UHGV virus genome: UHGV-0206453 | Reading direction: 5' to 3' (one strand) | Source: a virus | DNA: 38,658 bases | Shown: piece after piece, positions 28,721 through 38,380 of the stretch | Position numbering within the stretch: the stretch's first letter is position 1 | How the letters are laid out: the number at the start of each line of letters is the position of its first letter | Made by a program: the position numbers and the translations under genes | The notes under the pieces: generated by a model | Databases searched by the model: none | What the model was told of the DNA's origin: nothing | The model's input: only the letters and a program-made list of their open reading frames with translations

Positions 28721-31099
28721 ATGACTAATATAACACCAAATGTGGTTATAGGAATGCCTTCGCAACTCTTCACTATGGCGCGTTCTTTTAAAGCCGTAGC
28801 CAATGGCAAAATTTATATCGGTAAAATTGATACTGACCCGGTAAATCCTGAAAACCAGATTCAGGTTTATGTAGAGAACGAAGACGGTTCTCACATTCCT
28901 GTTGCACAGCCAATCATCATTAACGCTGGCGGATATCCGGTATATAACGGACAGATTGCCAAATTCGTTACTGTACAGGGCCATTCTATGGCTGTTTATG
29001 ATGCGTATGGTGCACAGCAGTTTTATTTTCCGAATACGCTGAAGTACGATCCAGATCAATTTAGCTACCAACTTTCATCTGCAAATGGTGCATATCTTGT
29101 TGGTTATGCAACGTCAACTGTTGGTGATTCACTTGATGATATTAATAATGGAAAAATAGTTACCAGTTTTGTGTCAGATTTGAATGCTGATAATAGGGAT
29201 ATTATTTTCGGGCAAACAGGTAATGTATATATACCAAGTAATATAACAGTAAGATGCAACCTTCTTCCTGACGATGACGTAACAAAATTAACTGGAGAAG
29301 GAAAAATTCTCACCAGAGATCCATGGGGGAATGAGCACATATTTGATGTTGGATTGGCAACTCATGGCAGTAAATTTACATGCAGTGGTGTTATTAATCA
29401 ACATGCCAGATTGAATGAATTATGTAGAGTTGGAATTGTTGGAGACTCAATCACTGACGGCGCATACGGTGCTGGATGGTCAGCTAATCCAACCGATTCT
29501 AATGGTGACCTATCTTCAACTAACTACGATCACAATAGTAATGGTGGTTCAGGTTCTTGGTTTCGCACATTTACCGACTGGCTTAACCGATTTACTAAAA
29601 ATAGTGCTTACATATTTAAGGCTGAAAACTGCGCATCTTCTGGAAAGCGACTCATTGACGGGTGGGCTAATCGTAACTTCGATCATGGATTTTTCAAAAA
29701 TACAGCATACGGAAATACCGCACCGGATGTGTGTTTTCTTTCAATGGGCGTAAATGATAATGGGCAGATTGATAGCATTGGATTTGATCAGTATCTATAT
29801 CGTTTCGAGCAATTTATTCGCAAAGCTTGGGGTTATGGATGCGCTGTCTGTGTCGTCTCAATGAACCAAAATGGATCACAATGGGGAGCCCTTGAAGCAT
29901 CAATTAAGAAGAGCATTGAAAGATTGATGCCTGCTGTAGAGTTTCTTGACCTATCACAGGCGGTTACAGATATGTACAGAGATGTTGGCAGTCACACTCT
30001 TCAGGAAATAGCTCGTAGACCTACAGATGGGACTTTTGATGCCACGCATTTTGCGCCTCTTGGACACCAATATATTGGTGCTTATGCCGCAAAGGAATTT
30101 ATGCCTTATCGAGTTCATATTGCGAAGAATGGTAACAACTTCGTACCGAATGTTGATAATGATATACAGGCTATCGGTTACCCTTCAGGCGCTATTTACA
30201 GCGTTAGCATGGAGAGATTGAGCGGTAACACATATCTTAATGGAATAACAGGGTGGGGAACGATAAAACCATCATCTGAAAATGTTACTATCCGTTACTT
30301 TATCTGGTGCGATACATCAGATTTATCAATGGTTATTTTCGAGCCTTATAACCCTTCCTATGTTACTGATGGCCGAGCCAACTCATTTTCAGTTATAGAG
30401 CAAGACATTCGTAATGGCGTATATATATCTGGCAACATTGCAAGCAACGGGATTGCGTCATTTACAAACAAGTTGACAACGAGAACAACAACCCTCAAAA
30501 AAGGATTGAATCAGATAGAAGTTATTTATGATGGTTCCCCATCAAAAGTATATCCACCAGGGCTGTTGTTTAGAGGAGATTTGAAAGAGTCATGCTCGCA
30601 AAATGCTTCAGTGTATCTTGCTGAAAATGCAATAAAAGGAGTATATGGGCAGGTAAGGGATAGAGCTGATTTGTTATTGTCGTATGCGGCAGAAACTGCT
30701 AATGATGAATCTCCTGATATGTATGGTGCAACTAAATCACCAAATGTTCAAAATGTTGCTTTATCATCAATTCCTGTTGGCTGCGGAGTGGTTTTTTACT
30801 ATAAACCTTCTTCACAAAGCGGAGTTGTTGCAAAGAGAACTTCAACTGGAATTGAGATTTCAACAATGCTTTTCGGCGAACTAACAGTTGTTGGAACTTT
30901 AACATGTGATGTTACAGGGGAAGTAATGCTCACAGCTAGTTTGAATGGCTTAACTCCCACAATAACAGTTAAGCCAACTACTGGTGCAACTGTTACTAAT
31001 CCTGTTCCCGGTTTCTCTGGTGGAAAAATAGCTCTAATAAACAAAGGAGCAAGTGGAAAAACATTATCTGTGAAATATTCTTCACACTATATTATTTAA
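28721..31099 (+). CDS. tailspike: P22-type head-binding N-domain fused to SGNH/GDSL esterase-type receptor domain
   Basis: Internal ATG of ORF 28619..31099; N-terminus [38 protein letters not shown] matches P22 gp9 head-binding domain; SGNH blocks [21 protein letters not shown]. Confidence 0.85.
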   Translation: MTNITPNVVIGMPSQLFTMARSFKAVANGKIYIGKIDTDPVNPENQIQVYVENEDGSHIPVAQPIIINAGGYPVYNGQIAKFVTVQGHSMAVYDAYGAQQFYFPNTLKYDPDQFSYQLSSANGAYLVGYATSTVGDSLDDINNGKIVTSFVSDLNADNRDIIFGQTGNVYIPSNITVRCNLLPDDDVTKLTGEGKILTRDPWGNEHIFDVGLATHGSKFTCSGVINQHARLNELCRVGIVGDSITDGAYGAGWSANPTDSNGDLSSTNYDHNSNGGSGSWFRTFTDWLNRFTKNSAYIFKAENCASSGKRLIDGWANRNFDHGFFKNTAYGNTAPDVCFLSMGVNDNGQIDSIGFDQYLYRFEQFIRKAWGYGCAVCVVSMNQNGSQWGALEASIKKSIERLMPAVEFLDLSQAVTDMYRDVGSHTLQEIARRPTDGTFDATHFAPLGHQYIGAYAAKEFMPYRVHIAKNGNNFVPNVDNDIQAIGYPSGAIYSVSMERLSGNTYLNGITGWGTIKPSSENVTIRYFIWCDTSDLSMVIFEPYNPSYVTDGRANSFSVIEQDIRNGVYISGNIASNGIASFTNKLTTRTTTLKKGLNQIEVIYDGSPSKVYPPGLLFRGDLKESCSQNASVYLAENAIKGVYGQVRDRADLLLSYAAETANDESPDMYGATKSPNVQNVALSSIPVGCGVVFYYKPSSQSGVVAKRTSTGIEISTMLFGELTVVGTLTCDVTGEVMLTASLNGLTPTITVKPTTGATVTNPVPGFSGGKIALINKGASGKTLSVKYSSHYII

Positions 31100-31162
31100 A
31101 CAAATACACACAAAGCTTGCACTGAATTGCAAGGCTTTGTGCTATTCGATAGTTAAGGTGGA

Positions 31163-32320
31163 TCACTCCACCTTTTCATCAAGCCAATCCGCCCACCATT
31201 GCATCATTTCTCTGCGCTTATCGAGATACTGAGCATGGTTGTAAATTCCACGTACAGATCCGCCGTTGGCATGTGCCAGTTGCACTTCAATGGCGTCGGC
31301 AGGCCATTCGTGCTCGTTCATAATCGTGCTGAATTCATGCCTGAATCCGTGACCGCTTTCCAGACCCTCATAGCCGATTTGTTTGATCACAAGCAGTACC
31401 GCGTTCTCGCAGATTGGCTTCTTCTTATCGTTGCGCCCGGCAAAAACAAACTCTGATACAGGCTTGGTGATTGAGCTTAGCGTAGTGAGAAGTTCAACTA
31501 CCTGGTCTGACATAGGAACCACATGAATTTTGCGTCCCTTCATCACACTGGCGTCAATGGTGATAATCCTGTTTTCAAAATCGACGTTCTTCCATAGCAT
31601 GGAACGAAGCTCTTTTGTTCTTAGGGCTGTGTAGCGCAAAACTTTAGTCGCAATGAGCGATACGATGCTTCCTGAAAATGTTGCCAGTGCTTTGTTGAAT
31701 GCAGGGATCTGGTCTGCAGGAAGAAACGGGAAGTTCTTCTTGCGGTATCCTTTCATGGCGTCTGCAAGGTCAGGTGCCGGGTTATATTTAGCCCTTCCGG
31801 TGACAATAGCGTAACGGAAAACCTCTCCGCATCTTCTGCGGGCTTTGTTGGCTCGCTCCATTGCACCGCGATCTTCAAATCTGCGGATTACTTCCAGCAG
31901 TTGCATCGGCTCAATATCCTGAATTTCAAGGCCGCCGATGATAGGTAAAATGTCGTCATCAAACATTTTTGCAAGTTCAGTCGCATACCCTACTGACCAT
32001 ACTTGCTTCTTGTGCTCGTACCATTCCTTGTAAATCGCACTAAAGGAATTGTTGTTAGACGAAGCCTTTTTCGCCTTTACCGGATCGATGCCAACCGAGA
32101 TGTCTTTCCTCGCAGTCCATGCTTTATCCCTTGCCTCTTGCAAAGTCATAAGCGGATATTTTCCGACGGTCAGGATTTTCTCCTTACCGTCAATCTTGTA
32201 GCGAAGCTGCCATACCTTTTTCCCGGATACAGGGACATAAAGGTACAGGCCATTACCATCGAGAAGGCGGTATGGTTTTTCTTTCGGCTTTGCTGCTTCA
32301 ATCTGCTTAACGGTGAGCAT
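31163..32320 (-). CDS. int: tyrosine integrase, P4-like family (N-terminal arm-binding domain)
   Basis: ATG at 32320 within ORF 31163..32356 (alternative GTG at 32356); LTVKQIEAAKP N-terminus; catalytic motifs HGFRH, LAHANGGSVRGIYNH. Confidence 0.9.
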   Translation of the reverse strand: MLTVKQIEAAKPKEKPYRLLDGNGLYLYVPVSGKKVWQLRYKIDGKEKILTVGKYPLMTLQEARDKAWTARKDISVGIDPVKAKKASSNNNSFSAIYKEWYEHKKQVWSVGYATELAKMFDDDILPIIGGLEIQDIEPMQLLEVIRRFEDRGAMERANKARRRCGEVFRYAIVTGRAKYNPAPDLADAMKGYRKKNFPFLPADQIPAFNKALATFSGSIVSLIATKVLRYTALRTKELRSMLWKNVDFENRIITIDASVMKGRKIHVVPMSDQVVELLTTLSSITKPVSEFVFAGRNDKKKPICENAVLLVIKQIGYEGLESGHGFRHEFSTIMNEHEWPADAIEVQLAHANGGSVRGIYNHAQYLDKRREMMQWWADWLDEKVE

Positions 32321-32575
32321 GGGTAAAAATCCGGTGGGTAAAATTATTTTATCCACTTTTTACCCGTCACGGAGTGCGGCTGTCAACGATCTGACGCGAA
32401 CCATTACGAACTGTGAATCTACGGAAGGCTTGATATTCAGGGGATTTTGCGGACTGGTACGGATGGGAGCGAACTGATAAATGGTGTCCCCTGCAGACAT
32501 CTACTTGAAGCAGCAGGGGATTGATTGGAATGGTGTTTTTTAGATGTGAGAAATATTTTACCCGCTATTTTACCC
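32321..32575. other. candidate attP: tRNA-Arg-like 3'-end core flanked by repeated TTTTACCC arm-type motifs
   Basis: Plus TGGTGTCCCCTGCAG (about 32482-32496) is the reverse complement of a tRNA 3' acceptor end plus CCA; five TTTTACCC/GGGTAAAA motifs in both orientations. Confidence 0.55.
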
Positions 32576-32770
32576 ATTGGCGCGGCTTAAGAGCTTATTT
32601 TTGAATTCACAATGGTCACGATATAACCATCTTGCTCGCCCGTGGATAACTTTGGCTTTAGGCAGGTCGCCGGACTTAATCCGGTCATAAATGAAGGTTT
32701 TACCGAAGCCAGTATCGGCCATGATGAATTTCAAATCAACCAGTGAATCAGGCTGTAGTTCGTGTTGCAT
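32570..32770 (-). CDS. AlpA-family excisionase/regulator
   Basis: 66 aa; FIMADTGFGKTFIYDRIKSGDLPKAKVIHGRARW typical AlpA/Xis HTH; GGAGA RBS. Confidence 0.75.
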   Translation of the reverse strand: MQHELQPDSLVDLKFIMADTGFGKTFIYDRIKSGDLPKAKVIHGRARWLYRDHCEFKNKLLSRANG

Positions 32771-32802
32771 GAGTGCTATCTCCGAATAGGGAATCGAACC
32801 TG

Positions 32803-32826
32803 CAAATCAGGCAATAAAAAACCGCC
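32803..32826 (-). terminator. rho-independent terminator upstream of alpA-like gene
   Basis: Minus-strand CCGCC-tgat-GGCGG hairpin followed by TTTTTTAT. Confidence 0.5.
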
Positions 32827-32878
32827 ATCAGGCGGCTTGGTGTTCTTTCAGTTCTTCAATTCGAATATTGGTTACGTC

Positions 32879-33178
32879 TTATTCGATGCGCACTCCTGGT
32901 ATTTCGCCTTTTGATATTGCTAAGTCATAAATTTGCGCGGCACTATACCCATCTCTCATCCATGAATCTAAGGCGCTAACAGCCTCGCTACGCTTTTTAT
33001 CTTCTCTCTCATTTTTGATATCAACGAGGACATCAACGCAATTAAGGCAAATGTGGATTTTGTCCTTACATTCGATCATGGCGGCTTTTCCATGATTTCC
33101 GCCACACAGTGAGCATAAATCTTCAGGGTCTGGCTGGTATTTCTGTAACGTTAGAGGGTTGAATGTTGAACAGACCAT
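32879..33178 (-). CDS. hypothetical Cys-rich protein (about 99 aa)
   Basis: Internal ATG of ORF 32879..33190 with GGAG RBS; CxxC...HxC...CxxC pattern suggests zinc binding. Confidence 0.5.
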   Translation of the reverse strand: MVCSTFNPLTLQKYQPDPEDLCSLCGGNHGKAAMIECKDKIHICLNCVDVLVDIKNEREDKKRSEAVSALDSWMRDGYSAAQIYDLAISKGEIPGVRIE

Positions 33179-33190
33179 AATCATCTCCAT

Positions 33191-33214
33191 AAAACAAAAC
33201 TCGCCGTAGCGAGT
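33191..33214 (-). terminator. rho-independent terminator
   Basis: Minus-strand ACTCGC-tacg-GCGAGT hairpin followed by TTTTGTTTT. Confidence 0.45.
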
Positions 33215-33364
33215 TCAGATAAAAGAAATCCCCGTCAGTGCGAGGATTGTTAGTTGCGCTCTGCTGCTGCCTTAGCCATTACCATATCCACCAAACTTCA
33301 CCAGACATGATTCTCGCAATCACTATCATCACCAAAGTGATAATCACAACTTTAACTGGCGGCA

Positions 33365-34147
33365 TCATTCACCATCCTGCTGCGGTGCTGCTGGATATGC
33401 TTTTCTCATCCAATGCGTGGCGTCATGAATAACGAACTGATATTCATCATCAGTAAACATCGAGCCATCCCACTGTAGCCCGTCAAGAACGCCTCTGGAT
33501 GGAGAGAATACCCAGATATCGAAATCGTATTTCTCCGGCATTCGCTCACTACAGCTTATCCAACCATCTGGAATTACCGGAGAGTTGCCACCCTGAACAG
33601 TAGGTATATCCGGACCTTTGCGAATCGCCCTGGCAAGATCGATTTGGTCGTCGTACAACCAGTCACCTGTTTGCGGATGATTGGCTTCTGCCAATTGTGC
33701 AGCCCACTCCAGGCCGTCTTTGTGTCCTTGCAGATAGTCCAGCGGTAACTCATCACTATTACTTACAGGTTCGGCCTGAAGCATGGCGGCGCGATATGCG
33801 TTCCAGCCAACAGCTTTTCCGTGTTCAAACGCGCTGTCAAAGTCATCATCAATTTCCATCGCAGCGGGCACAGATACCGGCGCTGGCGGGGCGGTGTAAA
33901 GCGGCGTTACTTCTCGCAGCGGGTCGGCATAAGCATTGCCACTATCGAAGCTGACGTTGTTTTTTGCGCCGCCGCCTGACAGCAGCCACGCCACCGGCTC
34001 CTGCTCCATGCCAGCCGTCAGCGCTTCCAGTGCGATTTTGAAGATTTGCGCATCGAGTTGCGCTTCTTCAAAATCAGGGTAATGGGTTGTTACCGCAAGA
34101 CGGCGCTCAAGCTTCTCAATCAACTGCTCTTTGGTGAAGGTGCTCAT
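33365..34147 (-). CDS. hypothetical protein with C-terminal DUF551-like domain
   Basis: 260 aa; C-terminus SCSERMPEKYDFDIWVF...ATHWM parallels the DUF551-like ORF at 14358; GAGGA RBS. Confidence 0.6.
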   Translation of the reverse strand: MSTFTKEQLIEKLERRLAVTTHYPDFEEAQLDAQIFKIALEALTAGMEQEPVAWLLSGGGAKNNVSFDSGNAYADPLREVTPLYTAPPAPVSVPAAMEIDDDFDSAFEHGKAVGWNAYRAAMLQAEPVSNSDELPLDYLQGHKDGLEWAAQLAEANHPQTGDWLYDDQIDLARAIRKGPDIPTVQGGNSPVIPDGWISCSERMPEKYDFDIWVFSPSRGVLDGLQWDGSMFTDDEYQFVIHDATHWMRKAYPAAPQQDGE

Positions 34148-34150
34148 GGG

Positions 34151-34585
34151 TTAGTCCTCACCTTTCTGTTGCACTACCGGAACCGATAAATCGACGCACC
34201 AGGAGATAACGCCGAATTGATCATCGTTCTGCGCTTCACCCCAAACGTAATATTTTGATCCTGGCCGACCCATTGCCGGGTCAAATACTTCTATGCCGCG
34301 TTCTGCCGTTAACGACATCAGAATCTGATGCAGGCCGCCTTTGATGTTCAGTGACGGAACGGTCAGGAAGTAAATAAACCCGTAAAGCAATTCGGCCTTG
34401 CGCTGGCTTCCGTAAAAATACGGGATTTTGTAATAATCCAGCGCGTCGTCGAGCCAGTCTGTTTTGTCGTGGAATTTCTGATGCCAGCGTTCCACTACCT
34501 CATCGACAGGTTGACCGGCAACCATTGCAACGCAGGTAGCCATGCAGGTGTTAAATGTTGGCTGCATTTGATGTTGAAGCATCAC
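34151..34585 (-). CDS. hypothetical protein (144 aa)
   Basis: ORF track; start overlaps upstream stop. Confidence 0.5.
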   Translation of the reverse strand: MMLQHQMQPTFNTCMATCVAMVAGQPVDEVVERWHQKFHDKTDWLDDALDYYKIPYFYGSQRKAELLYGFIYFLTVPSLNIKGGLHQILMSLTAERGIEVFDPAMGRPGSKYYVWGEAQNDDQFGVISWCVDLSVPVVQQKGED

Positions 34586-35166
34586 TCCCCCTTACCGATG
34601 CCAGCGGCGCGGTCTATGCGTTCGATTTCAGCCAGAATTAAAGCCCCTGCTTTTACCAGGTTGCGACGGCGGGCATTTGGCTTCCACCATGAAGCATCCC
34701 AAGGCCACCCCCACGGCTTGCCACCATTGCGGTTAACAGTTCCTGTTTCGTTTATGTAACAAACCGCCGCCATTGCCAGTTCCCCGTTGCAGTGTTCGTC
34801 ATCATGCTCTGGCATCCACCCCTCAACCGATTGTTGCCGCTGGCGCTCTGCTATCACATCCAGAATTGCAGGATTGAATGCACGCGCTTCCAGTTCTGCA
34901 ATGCGCTTCTCTGCTGCTTCAAGCGCAACGCGCAGCCTCCCAACCGTAAGCGCAATATCCTCGTTCTCCTTGTCGCGGCGTTTGATGTATTGCTGGTTTC
35001 TTTCCCGTTCATCCAGCAGCGCCTGGGTTGAAAGCTGCGATATAACGAGGTTGTTCTCTGCGTTGTTCTGTCCATCAAAGCCGGTCCATTTGATAACGTC
35101 TTCACATCGTTTATCACCGGGCGTATGCACCGCATACGTACCAGTAACCCGTCGAAATAAATGCAA
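34582..35166 (-). CDS. hypothetical coiled-coil protein; N-terminus possibly frameshifted
   Basis: ORF begins with TTG; a 38-codon ORF in another frame with AAGGAG RBS and ATGA-coupled ATG lies just upstream. Confidence 0.45.
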   Translation of the reverse strand: MHLFRRVTGTYAVHTPGDKRCEDVIKWTGFDGQNNAENNLVISQLSTQALLDERERNQQYIKRRDKENEDIALTVGRLRVALEAAEKRIAELEARAFNPAILDVIAERQRQQSVEGWMPEHDDEHCNGELAMAAVCYINETGTVNRNGGKPWGWPWDASWWKPNARRRNLVKAGALILAEIERIDRAAGIGKGE

Positions 35167-35226
35167 CCCATTCTCCTTGTGTTGCCTGTTTTGCTAACTC
35201 ACGCAGTGCCTGATAGTCAATCTTGC

Positions 35227-35808
35227 TCATTGGATGACTCCTTTACGAAGCTGTTCGGCGATATCTTCGAGAACGCCATCAGAGAATGAGCGATCAAAAT
35301 CGCCTTCCGGCGCATTAGCCATAAACTCAGTAGAGGTAAGAATCATCCGGGCAATATCAGCGGCGTTCTTCGCAGTATCATCAATAAAACCAGCTTCCCA
35401 GGCAGCCAGCATTCTGTTCGCCACAAAGTAAGCGCCCTCCTTGCGTGCTTCAGTCTTCACTTCAGCCAAGAAAGCGTCGGTGACTTGGGTTTGCGGCATC
35501 CTTCCGTCTATTGCGCAGATATACGCATCAGATAGTTCACCCTGCTCGCCGTCAAACACGTAGCAACTCTGTACGATAAATTTATTCAGCCACGCATTCT
35601 CCACAGCCAGCGCCGCGCACTTGGCCTCAAGGTTATCAATCGTGATTCCAGCAGAACGACACTCCCGCAACGCCGTTTCCAGTTTTGATTCAAGTTCACC
35701 GAACTTACTCACCAGATATTCAGCGTTTGTTTCGTTAACCTTTAAATCTCGTGGGATGCATTTACCTTTCAGAAAACCATCCATCTCAATTAGTGACATT
35801 TGTTTCAT
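35227..35808 (-). CDS. hypothetical protein (about 193 aa)
   Basis: ATG at 35808 overlapping upstream TGA (ATGA coupling) within ORF 35227..35826. Confidence 0.55.
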   Translation of the reverse strand: MKQMSLIEMDGFLKGKCIPRDLKVNETNAEYLVSKFGELESKLETALRECRSAGITIDNLEAKCAALAVENAWLNKFIVQSCYVFDGEQGELSDAYICAIDGRMPQTQVTDAFLAEVKTEARKEGAYFVANRMLAAWEAGFIDDTAKNAADIARMILTSTEFMANAPEGDFDRSFSDGVLEDIAEQLRKGVIQ

Positions 35809-35969
35809 TTCTTCCCACTCCGCCACATCGCATTCAGATATTTGTTGTCATTAACAGAACCGAAACTATTTCTTTTAAGCAATTCCTCTCTCGATGGCAT
35901 TGGCTTTACGCGTTGGCGAATAATCATTTCTGCCGGAAGAATGCCGGGATTGTATGCAAGTCCTCTCAT
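35805..35969 (-). CDS. hypothetical small protein (about 54 aa)
   Basis: Internal ATG of ORF 35805..36002 with GAGGA RBS 7 nt upstream. Confidence 0.4.
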   Translation of the reverse strand: MRGLAYNPGILPAEMIIRQRVKPMPSREELLKRNSFGSVNDNKYLNAMWRSGKK

Positions 35970-35979
35970 GGTAAATTCC

Positions 35980-36276
35980 TCAGTCATTACTGATAGCGCC
36001 ATAGCGTGAGCGGTAATTACGCAGGCGCGTGTCGATATATTCAGGGAAGTGGGTATATGTGGCTTTGCGGAATGGTCGGATTGATGTTTCGTTTATTCGG
36101 TCTTTTTCCTGTTTTTCTGCGAGTTGTATATCGCGTCGGTACTTACGTTCTTCTTTTGTTTCTGGTGGCAGAGCAAGAAACGCGCCGAGATTATTCTTGA
36201 TATTTTCCAGCACCTCCGATACGGAATTGCCGGAACAGCGGCGCGGGTCATCCGCACCATACAGAGGCGCTGGCAT
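35980..36276 (-). CDS. hypothetical protein (98 aa)
   Basis: ORF track; AGGAGA RBS. Confidence 0.5.
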   Translation of the reverse strand: MPAPLYGADDPRRCSGNSVSEVLENIKNNLGAFLALPPETKEERKYRRDIQLAEKQEKDRINETSIRPFRKATYTHFPEYIDTRLRNYRSRYGAISND

Positions 36277-36292
36277 ATTTTTCTCCTGTTGA

Positions 36293-36841
36293 TTATTTAG
36301 CTAATTTTTTCCAGATTGCTGAAACGTATTTGGCTTGGTGGATGGCATCATCAAGCGCGTTGTGGCGAGTTCCTTTGAATGGCATATCTCGCTTAGGGTC
36401 GAATCCTATTACCTTTCCAAGCTCGACGATTGTTCTTACGTCGCGGTCATTCCACCACTGCCACGGAACTGGCTGCCCTGTCAGCGAATAACTGTTGCGG
36501 AGAATAACGCAGTCAAATGATGCTCCATTCCCCCAAACCTGAACGAATTTGTGGTTAGCGTTCTTTATGATGAATTCAGATAACCATGAAAGAGCCGTTG
36601 AAAGCTCCTGAGTGTTGCTGGTTAGCGATTTTCTGGCTTCTTCACTCTGTTCCATCCACCATAAAATCGTTGAAGCGTCAGGACGCGCCCGATATCGCAT
36701 TGATGACTCAAGCGAGATATTTACCGAGAACTCTTCTCCTGTTTCTCCGGTATTCGGGTCAAAGAACACCGCCCCAATAGAAATAACAGGCGCGTATGGC
36801 CCGTTGCCCATTGTTTCAAGGTCAACCATTAAGTGATTCAT
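36293..36841 (-). CDS. DnaQ-like (DEDD) 3'-5' exonuclease
   Basis: 182 aa; MVDLETMG exo I motif, later H..ALDDA-type motif; AAGGA RBS. Confidence 0.7.
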   Translation of the reverse strand: MNHLMVDLETMGNGPYAPVISIGAVFFDPNTGETGEEFSVNISLESSMRYRARPDASTILWWMEQSEEARKSLTSNTQELSTALSWLSEFIIKNANHKFVQVWGNGASFDCVILRNSYSLTGQPVPWQWWNDRDVRTIVELGKVIGFDPKRDMPFKGTRHNALDDAIHQAKYVSAIWKKLAK

Positions 36842-36849
36842 GTAAGTCC

Positions 36850-37365
36850 TTAAATTGCGTGAATAGCGTGACGAGGGAAGGGGAGAGTTACTGGTGCAAA
36901 GGGTATATCGTCGTCAAAATCCATAGGTGGTTCGCTGTGATTCCCTTGCTGCTGAGGTTGCTGTCTTTGTTGCTGACCGTTATTTCGCTGAGGTGAAGAC
37001 TGTTCATTGCCTCCTTGCTTGCCACCAATCATTTGCATAGTTCCACCAACGCCCACGATGACTTCAGTAGTGAACCGATCCTGTCCGCTTTGATCCTGCC
37101 ATTTTCTTGTCCGCAATTTGCCTTCAAGATAAACCTCAGAGCCTTTTCGCAGATATTCGCTGGCAATTTCTGCCAGTTTCCCGCTCATTACCACGCGGTG
37201 CCACTCCGTCTGCTCCTTTTGCTCTCCAGTTTGCTTATCACGCCATTGTTCTGACGTAGCAACTGTAAGGTTTGCAAATGCCGTTCCTGATGGTGAATAT
37301 CTGATTTCTGGATCATGCCCAAGGCGACCAATAATGATCACCTTATTTACGCCTCTGCTTGCCAT
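36850..37365 (-). CDS. ssb: single-stranded DNA-binding protein
   Basis: 171 aa; [23 protein letters not shown]...TEWHRVV...[11 protein letters not shown] closely matches E. coli SSB including acidic tail. Confidence 0.9.
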   Translation of the reverse strand: MASRGVNKVIIIGRLGHDPEIRYSPSGTAFANLTVATSEQWRDKQTGEQKEQTEWHRVVMSGKLAEIASEYLRKGSEVYLEGKLRTRKWQDQSGQDRFTTEVIVGVGGTMQMIGGKQGGNEQSSPQRNNGQQQRQQPQQQGNHSEPPMDFDDDIPFAPVTLPFPRHAIHAI

Positions 37366-38073
37366 TTATGCCGCCTGTTTTAGTTCGTTAACTCTGATGT
37401 TCATTACCTGAACGCATTTAGCCTGCGCCTCCTCATTTCCAGCCATTAATTGCCAGTCACGCTGATAACGCTCGATGAGTTTTTTCTTATCAGTTTCTTT
37501 CGATGCATAATCGCTGAAGTCTTTCAGGATTTGTTCGCAGTCAACCGATGGAGATTTCTGGTTGGTATTTTCTGGTGATGGTTTGTTATCTGATGCTGTG
37601 ATTGCCCATCCCGGCAGCGATGGAGGGAGCCAGTAAAATCCTGTTCCATCCTTCAGTTTTGCCCTGTGCCACCCCTGCTTTTTATCGAGAGATGTTTGTG
37701 CGAAACCTTCCTCAAGGTTATACAGATACCGACCGATTCCCCACTGAACGGCAGCGCGCTTCATTGCACCGGAACGACCACCTTTGACGGCTTCTACCTG
37801 CGTGTTTTCAGCAGCATCCCATTTGGTTACCCATTCGGAATCAATCTTGATTGATATGCCGCATTCAACTCCGCCGTTGTTGGGAATATCGCGGTATTCA
37901 TTGCGCCATCCTGCTTTGCCGCAAACATCGTCCAGGCGTTTCATGATTGCCCGGTTCGTGACATAAGCCAGCACCATAGCCCACACTTTGCCATCGCGTG
38001 TTTTACCGCTTTGCTGTATTCGCCATTCGATATCTTCAGGGCTGAATGGCTCATCGAATTTGTTCAAATCCAT
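37366..38073 (-). CDS. single-strand annealing recombinase, Rad52-like core with P22 Erf-like C-terminus
   Basis: 235 aa; C-terminal ILKDFSDYASKETDKKKLIERYQRDWQL...CVQVMNIRVNELKQAA matches P22 Erf C-terminus; GAGGTG RBS. Confidence 0.8.
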   Translation of the reverse strand: MDLNKFDEPFSPEDIEWRIQQSGKTRDGKVWAMVLAYVTNRAIMKRLDDVCGKAGWRNEYRDIPNNGGVECGISIKIDSEWVTKWDAAENTQVEAVKGGRSGAMKRAAVQWGIGRYLYNLEEGFAQTSLDKKQGWHRAKLKDGTGFYWLPPSLPGWAITASDNKPSPENTNQKSPSVDCEQILKDFSDYASKETDKKKLIERYQRDWQLMAGNEEAQAKCVQVMNIRVNELKQAA

Positions 38074-38081
38074 AATTCACC

Positions 38082-38270
38082 TCAGAATGGTAATTCGGAT
38101 GGGGAGGAAAGAAATTCGCGCTCATTCATGCGCTCTCTTTGTGCTTGCCATAAACAAAGTTGTTTCTTTGATTTATCTCCCGCTTTACGCCAGTAACGAG
38201 CCTCAGCAATGTGATATTCTCTTTTTAATCGACTTAACTCTGGAGTTTTCGCCAGCTCTACCGGAATCAT
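38082..38270 (-). CDS. hypothetical small protein (about 62 aa)
   Basis: ATG overlapping kil stop (ATGA) with GGAGG RBS within ORF 38082..38282. Confidence 0.5.
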   Translation of the reverse strand: MIPVELAKTPELSRLKREYHIAEARYWRKAGDKSKKQLCLWQAQRERMNEREFLSSPSELPF

Positions 38271-38380
38271 TTTGACCTCCATTTTCTGTAGGCTTCGACG
38301 GCCTCACGAAACATCTTTTCATCGCCAATAAAAGTGGCGATAGTGAATTTAGTCTGAATAGCCATAAGTGTTTTATCCAT
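38267..38380 (-). CDS. kil: Kil-like host division inhibitor (37 aa)
   Basis: Internal ATG of ORF 38267..38506; MDKTLMAIQTKFTIATFIGDEKMFREAVEAYRKW resembles lambda Kil N-terminus. Confidence 0.6.
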   Translation of the reverse strand: MDKTLMAIQTKFTIATFIGDEKMFREAVEAYRKWRSK

